This document shows positions 28,467 through 36,672 of a DNA stretch of 64,000 nt, piece after piece. The stretch comes from Thermodesulfobacteriota bacterium. GTDB lineage: Bacteria > Desulfobacterota > Desulfobulbia > Desulfobulbales > SURF-16. Position numbers and translations under genes: made by a program. The stretch's first letter is position 1; each line of letters begins with the position of its first letter. The notes beneath the pieces are model-generated. The model was not told where the DNA came from and did no database searches. It worked only from the letters and a program-made list of their open reading frames with translations. The stretch spans positions 1 to 64,000 of the forward strand of contig JBFMAY010000021.1 of NCBI GenBank assembly GCA_040755455.1, read 5' to 3'.

Positions 28467-29500
28467 CAGCGCAGCGCCTCACTGCCGGAGGTTTCAAGAT
28501 TTTTCCTGAAGGTTTCCAGAGTGAAATCGCCGTAAATCATCCGGCGGTTCAAGGCATAGCGGTCCATGAAAAAGGGATTGCTGTCCCGTTTGACGGTAAA
28601 GGCTCCCTGGAAGCCGTTTTTCTCAAGAAAGGCGATGATCAGGTTATTGGTCTCGCCGTAAGGGTAAGCCAGATATTTCACCTGTTTGTGGAGTTTGCTC
28701 AGCACCGTATCCGCGCATGCGGTGATTTCCTGCTCAATTTCCGCGGCATAATGCTGCAACGACTCATTGCCGGCCACCCTGTTCAGATTGCGATGGGTCT
28801 TGGTATGGCACTGCACATCAAGGCCGGCCTTGTCCAGTTCGGCCACCTGATCCCAGTCCAGGGCTTTCCTGCCGCCGTTAATGAGATCGGTGTAGATAAA
28901 CAGGGTGGCCGGAAAACCGTATTTCTTCAAAATGGGATACGCGATATCATAAACACCCCGCCAGCCGTCATCGATGGTAATGACCACGGATTTTTCAGGA
29001 ATCTCCTGCCGGTATTGCAGGAAAGCAAACAGCGCATCAAGGGTGATCGGGGTGTAGCCATTGTCCTTGAGATATTTCATCTGCGCATCGAAATCACCCC
29101 GGCGCACCATCATCAGGCCCTGTTTTGTCTCGGAGAAATTATGATAGGTGAGCACCGGCACCGTCTGATAGCCCTGGCGGGAGAGCCGGGCCTTGGCAAC
29201 AGGCTCCAGCGGGATGATGAGCTCCTGCCCCGGCCTGATATCCGTCACCTCATTGAAGTCGGCAATGACCCAGCTTTTATCGGCAGCGCCAAGGTATTTG
29301 GCGGCAAGCGACGGCAGGCTGTCGCCGGACTGGACAATGACCGGGATAAAACGCGGAGCTCCCTCGGGGCGGGGCAGATGCACGACTCTGGTGGGCCCCT
29401 TCGCGCACCCCTGGCAGAGCAAAACAACGAAGAGCACGCAGAGGGTATGGAAAAAAGGCGGCGGCAACCAGCCCGGGGGAAGCAACTTATTGATCAGCAT
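28466..29500 (-). CDS. LysM plus CE4 polysaccharide deacetylase, putative lipoprotein
   Basis: CQGC lipobox-like, VQSGDSLPSLAAKY, VPVLTYH, ITIDDG, HTKTH and AYPYG. Confidence 0.88.
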   Translation of the reverse strand: MLINKLLPPGWLPPPFFHTLCVLFVVLLCQGCAKGPTRVVHLPRPEGAPRFIPVIVQSGDSLPSLAAKYLGAADKSWVIADFNEVTDIRPGQELIIPLEPVAKARLSRQGYQTVPVLTYHNFSETKQGLMMVRRGDFDAQMKYLKDNGYTPITLDALFAFLQYRQEIPEKSVVITIDDGWRGVYDIAYPILKKYGFPATLFIYTDLINGGRKALDWDQVAELDKAGLDVQCHTKTHRNLNRVAGNESLQHYAAEIEQEITACADTVLSKLHKQVKYLAYPYGETNNLIIAFLEKNGFQGAFTVKRDSNPFFMDRYALNRRMIYGDFTLETFRKNLETSGSEALR

Positions 29501-30932
29501 TCTTGCCTTTGAGTTTAAGAAAGCGGTAAGTCTTGATGGCCTGGGAGGAACCGATCATCTGCTGTGAATCAAGCGGTTCAACCATGACCTGATCCATTAT
29601 CTGACTGTAAATCCCCTCGGCGAGTATGATTTCGCCCGGCTCCCCCAGGCCGATGAGCCAGTAAGCCTCTTTGATGCTCTCCCCAAGGGAACTGTACTCG
29701 ACCTTGGAGTGGGAGCCGATATTGCCGGACAAAACGATACCAGCGCTGATGCCGACACACACGCTGGAGAGCAGCTGACTCTCCCCTTCACTGCCGGCGG
29801 ACAATGTCTCCTGCAGCTCGACCGCGGCGCGCAGCGCGCGGGCGGTGTGCTCCTCCCGGTAGAGGGAAACGCCGAAGATGCCGACCACCGCGTCACCGAT
29901 AATCTTGTCAACATAACCGCCGTGCTTGCTGATAATGCCGGTGACGATGCCGATATACTTGTTTAATTCGATGACCACATCTTCCGGTTTTGCCGTGCCG
30001 GCAAAGGAGCCGAAGCCCTTTACCCCGGCAAAAAGCACCGCCACCTGACGTCTGACGGCATACGCTTCCCCCTTTAACACCGGTCCCTCGAGAATCCGGT
30101 CAACCGAGGAAAACTTCAGATAGTTCTCGAGCTGCACGTGGTTATGAACGTGGGCCGGGAGATTTTCCGCCATCCTGTGCAACGCCTGCGCAACTTCCCC
30201 CAGCTCATCATTGTCAATTTGCCTGACCCGGTGCCGCAGGTTGCCCTTGCCATACTCCGCGGCCGCCTCGACAAGGGCGTCAATCCCCGCGCGAAAGCGC
30301 TGGACATAGAAATAGGCAAGACCCAAAAGACCGAGCAGCGCCAGCAGACCCGGGGCCAGCAGGGCCGGCAGAACAGCGGTCTGCTGCGAGGCCGTCCGGG
30401 TGCGGATAAAATCAAGGGGTATGCCGAGATGGACAACGCCCAGGGGTTTGTCATTATAGAAAACGGTCCTGGACAGATCGAAAATCTGCCGGCCGTCATT
30501 ATCCTGGTACTGCACGATGCCGCTCTCTTTATTTTCACGGACAACCACCGCGCCGGCCGCGGGGGTGTATTCCCTGCCGAGCATCTCCTGCAGCGAATGG
30601 GCCTGGATGATCCGGTTGCGGTCAACCACAAAGGCATGGACAACCCCGTCAAGACCGGCCGCATCCCTGGCAACGGCATTGAGACGCAAGGTATCATCGG
30701 CAAGCAGGGGAACCTTGGCGCTGGCCGCGAAATAACTCACTACCCCCTCGGCGGATTTCAGGGTTTCGGCAAAGAGGACATCCCGCTGTTTCATCAACAT
30801 GAACGAGACAGGCAGGCCGATTGACAGGGAAAAAAGCAGCAGAACAGTGATGCCGAGGCGGAAAAGGAGCGGCTGGCGCAGATAATTTTTCAGTTGTTCG
30901 TTTTGCACGTTGTCTTCACCGGGAAATTGCAT
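29487..30932 (-). CDS. membrane sensor-HAMP-class III nucleotide cyclase-like protein (degenerate)
   Basis: 2 TM, HAMP (DELGEVA), and cyclase-fold motifs VLFAGVKGF, DKIIGDA, VGISAG and LGESIKEAYWL. Start uncertain (ATG 30932 or GTG 30908). Confidence 0.85.
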   Translation of the reverse strand: MQFPGEDNVQNEQLKNYLRQPLLFRLGITVLLLFSLSIGLPVSFMLMKQRDVLFAETLKSAEGVVSYFAASAKVPLLADDTLRLNAVARDAAGLDGVVHAFVVDRNRIIQAHSLQEMLGREYTPAAGAVVVRENKESGIVQYQDNDGRQIFDLSRTVFYNDKPLGVVHLGIPLDFIRTRTASQQTAVLPALLAPGLLALLGLLGLAYFYVQRFRAGIDALVEAAAEYGKGNLRHRVRQIDNDELGEVAQALHRMAENLPAHVHNHVQLENYLKFSSVDRILEGPVLKGEAYAVRRQVAVLFAGVKGFGSFAGTAKPEDVVIELNKYIGIVTGIISKHGGYVDKIIGDAVVGIFGVSLYREEHTARALRAAVELQETLSAGSEGESQLLSSVCVGISAGIVLSGNIGSHSKVEYSSLGESIKEAYWLIGLGEPGEIILAEGIYSQIMDQVMVEPLDSQQMIGSSQAIKTYRFLKLKGKNADQ

Positions 30933-31171
30933 CTCCCTTGCTCTTGTGTCGAGCGGAGAAAGGATATAAGATATTACCCAAAAGCGTACAGCTATCTCAA
31001 TGTTTTTTTTTGAAAAAAATACAGCCTTGCCATAAAATTTCCATATTATCCTGTCCAGGCAAACCCGGCGCGTCTCTTTCACAGATGCAGCGGACAAATA
31101 CTCCTTGACGGCCGGAAGGATGTTGGCATATTATTTTTTTTATTACAAAATTTATGGGACTCTGAATTTTC

Positions 31172-33028
31172 ATGACAACTTTTCAGAAACAGCGACTCGG
31201 GAAATACATTCTTCTTGATAAACTGGCGGTTGGTGGCATGGCCGAACTTTACCGGGCCATGATCACCGGTGTCCAGGGATTTGAAAAACTCATCGCCATC
31301 AAAAAGATCCTTCCCCATCTCGCCAGCGAAGAGGAGCTGGTCAGATCCTTCATTGATGAAGCCAAACTCGCTGCCCTGCTTCACCACCAGAACATCGTCC
31401 AGATCTATGATTTCGGCAGTCTGGCCGACACCTACTTCATTGCCATGGAGTATCTCCTGGGCAAGGACTGCCGCATTATCACCAGCAAGGCCAAGGAAAA
31501 AAATCTTCCCCTGGAACTGCCACTGGCGCTGCTGATCGTCTCGCGTATCTGCGCCGGGCTTGACTATGCCCATAAACTCAAAGACTTCCAGGGCAAACCG
31601 CTGAATATCATTCACCGGGACATCAGCCCCCAGAACATCCTCATCACCTATGAAGGGGATGTGAAAATCGTCGATTTCGGCATCGCCAAGGCCGCCAGCC
31701 AGACCACCATGACCCAGATGGGCATGATCAAAGGCAAGGTCGCCTATATGTCGCCGGAACAGGCCGCCGGCAAGGTCATCGACCACCGTTCCGACATTTT
31801 TTCCTGTGGCATCCTGCTCTATGAAATGGTGACCGGCAAACGGATGTTTGCCGGGGACACCATGCACATTCTCGCCAAAGTCCGGGAGGCGCAGTTCGAC
31901 AGGCCCGAGGAAGTGCGGCAGGATCTGCCGGAAAAACTGCTGGAGGTTCTCTACCGCTCCCTGGCCAAGGAACCGGCCAACCGCTACCAGACCTGCGGCG
32001 ACATGCTGACCGATCTGGAGGAATGCATGCAGGAACTCGGCGGTCATTTCACGGCCAATGTGCTGGCCAGATATATGAAAACACTTTTCGCCGATGAGAT
32101 AATCGCCGATGAGCAGCACCTGCAGGAGATCACCAGGATCGGTCTCATGCAGGATGAGCCCGAGGAGGTCATTGGCCAGCCCCTGGCCAGCGACACGACG
32201 CATGCAAAAACAGCGGCTGCCAGGCACACCCTGAAAAAACCCGACACGGCTGAGCTGTTCTCCCAGCCGCCATTGCCGGCCGAGTCCAGAAAATCACTTT
32301 ATGCCGGCATTGCCGTGGCAATTGCCCTGGTCATTGGCCTTTTGACTACCTTTATCGGCCAAAAGAAAGAAGCCCCTCCGGCAACTCCCGACACCACAGA
32401 GCAACAGCAGCTTGCCCCGGTTACCAGCGAAGCTCCGGGCACGGAACTCTATCAGCAGGCCATGGATGCCCTGGTGGCCGGGCGTTTTGATGACGCGGCC
32501 GGCTCCTTTGAAAAAATTCTGCAGCTTGGTCCGGCCATGCAGGAGAAAATAGCGCTCCCCTATGCGGAGGCACTAGTGGGCCAGGCAGAGATACTGGCCA
32601 GGACAGATATCAAAAAGGCCACGGCGCTGCTGGAAAAATCAATCCGTCTCAATCCTGACAGCGAGCAGGCCCATTTCCAGCTCGGCATGCTGCTGCTCAA
32701 GCAGAAGGATTATCCCAGGGCCATCGCCAGCTATCAGAATGTCATCCAGCTCAATCCGAAATTTCCGGACACCTTCTTCAATCTAGGCTTCATTTATGCC
32801 CTGTCAAAGGATTATGCCAGGGCCGAGGAAATGTATGCCCGGGTAGTCGAGCTTGCCCCGGATTACGTGGATGAGGCCCTTTTCAATCAGGCGCTGGTGC
32901 AGAACGAGCAGGGCAAAAAGGCCGCCTGCATCAGCAACCTGGAAAAGGCGGTGGCCATCAACCCGAAAAACGTTCCGGCCCAGAATTACCTTAAAAAAAT
33001 GAAAGAAGCCTCAGGAGCAAATAAGTGA
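31172..33028 (+). CDS. Hanks-type Ser/Thr kinase with TM and extracytoplasmic TPR domain
   Basis: GGMAELY, AIKK, HRDISPQN, DFG and YMSPE, then a TM segment and TPRs. Confidence 0.95.
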   Translation: MTTFQKQRLGKYILLDKLAVGGMAELYRAMITGVQGFEKLIAIKKILPHLASEEELVRSFIDEAKLAALLHHQNIVQIYDFGSLADTYFIAMEYLLGKDCRIITSKAKEKNLPLELPLALLIVSRICAGLDYAHKLKDFQGKPLNIIHRDISPQNILITYEGDVKIVDFGIAKAASQTTMTQMGMIKGKVAYMSPEQAAGKVIDHRSDIFSCGILLYEMVTGKRMFAGDTMHILAKVREAQFDRPEEVRQDLPEKLLEVLYRSLAKEPANRYQTCGDMLTDLEECMQELGGHFTANVLARYMKTLFADEIIADEQHLQEITRIGLMQDEPEEVIGQPLASDTTHAKTAAARHTLKKPDTAELFSQPPLPAESRKSLYAGIAVAIALVIGLLTTFIGQKKEAPPATPDTTEQQQLAPVTSEAPGTELYQQAMDALVAGRFDDAAGSFEKILQLGPAMQEKIALPYAEALVGQAEILARTDIKKATALLEKSIRLNPDSEQAHFQLGMLLLKQKDYPRAIASYQNVIQLNPKFPDTFFNLGFIYALSKDYARAEEMYARVVELAPDYVDEALFNQALVQNEQGKKAACISNLEKAVAINPKNVPAQNYLKKMKEASGANK

Positions 33029-33507
33029 AGAAAGGTATGCGGAGGTCACATTTTCTTCTTGTCCTATGTCTTGTCCTGGCATGTGTCCTCTTCGGCTGCG
33101 CCGCCAAGGAAGCCGCGCCGCCGGTTGAAGCGCCGCCGCCCGAACAGCCCCGGTCTGAACCCGTAGCGGAACAACCGCCGCCGGTTGTCTATTTCGTCCA
33201 TACCGTCGCCCTGCCGGGGGAAAGCCTGTCAATCATCGCCAAATGGTACACCGGTGATCTGAAAAACTGGGAAACCCTGGCCTGGCATAACCCGACGATC
33301 AATCCCAACCGTATCTTCAAGGGTGACACGATCCAGATTCCCCGGGATCTCCTGGTCAGAGAGGATCCCATGACCCAGGAATTTGTTGACGAATCGCAGC
33401 CCCGGCCAAAACGGAAGACCGGCAACGGCAAGCCCGGAAAAGAACAACCGGCGGTCGAAAGTCCTGAAGGCGTTCCCCTGTTCGGCCCCAGGGATTACAG
33501 CAAATAA
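33025..33507 (+). CDS. LysM-domain lipoprotein
   Basis: LFGC lipobox and HTVALPGESLSIIAKWY...NPNRIFKGDTIQIP. GTGA overlap with the kinase stop. Confidence 0.85.
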   Translation: MKKGMRRSHFLLVLCLVLACVLFGCAAKEAAPPVEAPPPEQPRSEPVAEQPPPVVYFVHTVALPGESLSIIAKWYTGDLKNWETLAWHNPTINPNRIFKGDTIQIPRDLLVREDPMTQEFVDESQPRPKRKTGNGKPGKEQPAVESPEGVPLFGPRDYSK

Positions 33508-33513
33508 TCGATC

Positions 33514-35079
33514 TCAGCCTGAAGCTGCGCCCTGCATCTCGCTTTCCACCGTTATCGAGCGGGAGATGAGCATCATGAGCGGCAGCACGCCGTGCCCCTC
33601 GGTGTTGAGCAGCAGTTTGCCGCCATGATCCAGCAGAATCTTATGGGCGATATTTAGAAAGAGACTGTTGCACCACGGCTTATCGCGAAAAACCGGGGCA
33701 AAGGGATCACGGAAGGTGCTGCCTGCCAGTACCTGGCCGAAGCTTATTTCCAGGGCTTCCTCGCCATCCTGCAGCCTGACCGGCAGCTCACTGCCCTGCA
33801 TCATGCCAAACAGTATCTCCTTGAACACCGCGGCCAGGGCCTTTTTCATGAGCTGCCTATCCACCGGCGCCATGACATTTGCCGTGACCACGGCAAACTG
33901 CGGGCTGATCTGCTTCCTGCGCAGTTCCTCCTGACAGTTTTCCATCACCTCCTGCACCAGCAGATCCATCCTGACCAGCTGCTTTTCCGGCAGGGAAATC
34001 CGGGCAAAACCGTCCACCTCCTGCAGCACGGCTTCAATGCGTTCCACTGATTTCACCATGGTCTGCATTTTCTGCTGCTCCGCCCCATCCTGATTGGTCT
34101 TGGCAATTCTTCTGACCAGTCCGCCCAGGGCGGCCAGGGGGTTTCTCACTTCATGGGCCATGGCCTGGGCAAGGCGCACGTAAGCCGCCACCCGTTCCGT
34201 ATCGATCAGCCTGACCTCGGTGCTGCGCAGCTTATCCATTGTGTCGGCATACTTCTTCTGCAGTTCGCTCCACAGACGGGCATTCTCGATCAGGGGGGCG
34301 ATGATGGCGGCGATGGACTGAAAGAGTTCCAGGTCGCTGTGGCTGTATGCGCCGGGGATATTGCGGTCAATATAGATGAGCCCGTTGATCTGATTGTGGT
34401 AGATCAGAGGAGCGCACATGGCCGACCTGATGCGCAGGTTAATGATGCTTTCCTCTTTCTTGAAGGACTCGGAGCTTAAGGCATCTTCCAGCAGCAGGGA
34501 TTCGCCGTTCTGCAGCACCCGTTTGACAATGCTGCGGCTGAGCGGCAGGGCCCCGTCCCGGTAATCGCAGCACAGCGGCTTCAATTTGCCATCTTGCTGA
34601 AACAGGGCAATGGTGCCGTGATCCTGCTGAAAATATGCCCGGCAGCTGGCAAATATCTTTTCGCCAAGCCGCATGACATCCCGGCTGCCGGGCAATTCCG
34701 TGGTGATGTCGTAAATCAGCTCCAGCCGCCGGCGGTCCAGCTCCCGCGCCACCGTGGAACGGTCCAGGGCATGGAGGACAACCGTCTGTTCGGCATTCTG
34801 CTCACCGGAGGCGGGCAGCAGGAACCTCATCTGGCCCAACTGGATAAAATCACCGGGATGCAGGAAGGTCTGGGTGCTGATCCTTCTGCCGTTGACCCAC
34901 ACGCCGTTGGCGCTCTCCAGGTCCTTGATCCACAGCTTGTCGTCCGTGGCGTCGAGCAGGGCGTGGCGGTGGGAAACGGTCTGGTCCGGCAGGGCGAGAT
35001 CCGCCTCCCTGCCGCGCCCGATCAGGCAGGGCAGGCTTATGGAGTACTCTTTGCCTGTTGCGGCATCTCGTAGGATCAT
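33514..35079 (-). CDS. FHA-GAF-HisKA protein with degenerate ATPase domain
   Basis: FHA (IGRG, VSHRHA, SANG), GAF (SAMCAPL...IYID) and H-box AHEVRNPL. N, G1 and G2 boxes are absent. Confidence 0.85.
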   Translation of the reverse strand: MILRDAATGKEYSISLPCLIGRGREADLALPDQTVSHRHALLDATDDKLWIKDLESANGVWVNGRRISTQTFLHPGDFIQLGQMRFLLPASGEQNAEQTVVLHALDRSTVARELDRRRLELIYDITTELPGSRDVMRLGEKIFASCRAYFQQDHGTIALFQQDGKLKPLCCDYRDGALPLSRSIVKRVLQNGESLLLEDALSSESFKKEESIINLRIRSAMCAPLIYHNQINGLIYIDRNIPGAYSHSDLELFQSIAAIIAPLIENARLWSELQKKYADTMDKLRSTEVRLIDTERVAAYVRLAQAMAHEVRNPLAALGGLVRRIAKTNQDGAEQQKMQTMVKSVERIEAVLQEVDGFARISLPEKQLVRMDLLVQEVMENCQEELRRKQISPQFAVVTANVMAPVDRQLMKKALAAVFKEILFGMMQGSELPVRLQDGEEALEISFGQVLAGSTFRDPFAPVFRDKPWCNSLFLNIAHKILLDHGGKLLLNTEGHGVLPLMMLISRSITVESEMQGAASG

Positions 35080-35151
35080 AGGCGGGTCGTCAGGACACCA
35101 TTGGACAGTTTGCCCTGTTTATCACGATGGTGATCGTGGTCAGGGAGGGAT

Positions 35152-35454
35152 TCAGCCGCCGATCATCACCGTCGGACAGCCGGCAACAATGCTGCCGCCG
35201 TGGGCCGTCAGATCCCCGACCCGGGCAGCGGGCTGGTTGCCGATCAGCACCGTGGCCGAGCCCTTGACAATCACATCCGGCGGTCCGACGCAGGTCGCCT
35301 GGTCCCCCATGCGGGCCGCCGGCAGGTTGCCGATCAGCACCGTCGGACAGCCCGGCGGGAGGATGGGGCCGCCGACATGGGGAACCGGCCCCCCGGGCGT
35401 TGGCGTCTGCATGGGGCAGGTGTGCATGTCCCCTATTCTTGCGGCCGGCGGCAT
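35152..35454 (-). CDS. PAAR-domain spike tip protein
   Basis: Three PAAR motifs (PAARIGD, PAARMGD, PAARVGD). Confidence 0.96.
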   Translation of the reverse strand: MPPAARIGDMHTCPMQTPTPGGPVPHVGGPILPPGCPTVLIGNLPAARMGDQATCVGPPDVIVKGSATVLIGNQPAARVGDLTAHGGSIVAGCPTVMIGG

Positions 35455-35470
35455 GGTTGCATCTCCTTTT

Positions 35471-35538
35471 AGAATTCAAAATTCAGGAGACAGAATAAAA
35501 CATAAAATCCAGCATTCTGCCTTCTGACTCCTGGCTCC
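35471..35538. repeat. inverted heptamer-repeat element, copy 1
   Basis: (CAGAATT/CAGGAGA)-type units facing (TTCTGAC/TCCTGGC)-type units. Confidence 0.6.
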
Positions 35539-35541
35539 AAT

Positions 35542-36651
35542 TTACTGGGGCAGATCATCCCACAGGTAATTCATCGCGCCAAGCTGGGTTTTGTCGTAGA
35601 GCTCGCGCTCCTTTTTGCCGAGCTGGCCCTGCAGATACAAAATGGCCTGGCTGGCGCGGCTCACCATGGTATCGGTCAACGGGTCCTTGCCTACCTTTTC
35701 CGGATCAGCCTGGGCGATCTCCGCTGCCAAGGCCCCATAGATCGGCGCAGGATCCCCGGTCATGGCCTGCCGCCGCAGCGTCCGGGCGGCCCAGGTCATC
35801 ATCAGCTCATCGCTGAGGCCGGAGCGGCCCATGTAGATGGCCACCAGTTCAGCCAGCTGGTCTGCGCCCTGCAGGGCCTGTACCTTTCGCTTCCCCTCAG
35901 CCGCTGCCAGGGCCTGGGGCAACTTGAGCCGCTGGATGGCGGCAACCCGCTGGTACCCCCGCATGCCTTCCTCGCTCTCGTTCTCCAAGGCCTTTTTGGC
36001 GTCCACCTCATCGGCAATGCGCTGGCTGAGCCGGTCGGCCGACCCGGCTGGACTGAGCACCACCAGGGTCTCCAGCAGCGTGTCCACCGCCTCCATGGCC
36101 TTGGCATGGCCGGCAAGATGGGCGTCAAAATAACGGGCCGCCTCCTCCGCCTGCTGTGGTGTGCCCACTTCGGCCATGGCCTGTGTCACGTAAGCGGAAC
36201 GGAGCAGATCCGCCGCGGTTTTTTCTTCCCCCTTGAGGATCTTGACAAGATGCGGCAGGCAATCAGCCCGCTCATAAAAACGCAGCACATGCACCATTTT
36301 GCCGTAGGCGTCCGGCGGCGCATCAGCACCGAACTCCTCGGTGATGAAGCGCGACACCAGTTCCGGCTCAACACCCCGGGGAACCCGCGGCACGGAACGG
36401 ATGCCGCCGAAGATGTAGTTGCGCAGGGCCTGACGGCCGTGCATCTCATCATAGCGCACGGTGGTAATTCTGATCTGCGGTCTCTCTTGCTTCATCGTTT
36501 CCTGATTCATTTTTCCCGTCCTCTCAGCGGCCTGGCAGCTTCCCAGAAACACAAGGGCCAGCAGAAAGCCTGCAAGCATCCCTAACATGGGGCTAAACAG
36601 GCCGTTTTGCCGGAACCACTCATTTTTCAATGACATTTTCAATAGATCCAC
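35542..36651 (-). CDS. exported or lipoprotein hypothetical; candidate T6SS immunity protein
   Basis: Hydrophobic leader ending in LGSC; helical; directly downstream of the effector candidate. Confidence 0.6.
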   Translation of the reverse strand: MDLLKMSLKNEWFRQNGLFSPMLGMLAGFLLALVFLGSCQAAERTGKMNQETMKQERPQIRITTVRYDEMHGRQALRNYIFGGIRSVPRVPRGVEPELVSRFITEEFGADAPPDAYGKMVHVLRFYERADCLPHLVKILKGEEKTAADLLRSAYVTQAMAEVGTPQQAEEAARYFDAHLAGHAKAMEAVDTLLETLVVLSPAGSADRLSQRIADEVDAKKALENESEEGMRGYQRVAAIQRLKLPQALAAAEGKRKVQALQGADQLAELVAIYMGRSGLSDELMMTWAARTLRRQAMTGDPAPIYGALAAEIAQADPEKVGKDPLTDTMVSRASQAILYLQGQLGKKERELYDKTQLGAMNYLWDDLPQ

Positions 36652-36672
36652 CCAAGAAAATCAGCCGGATTG

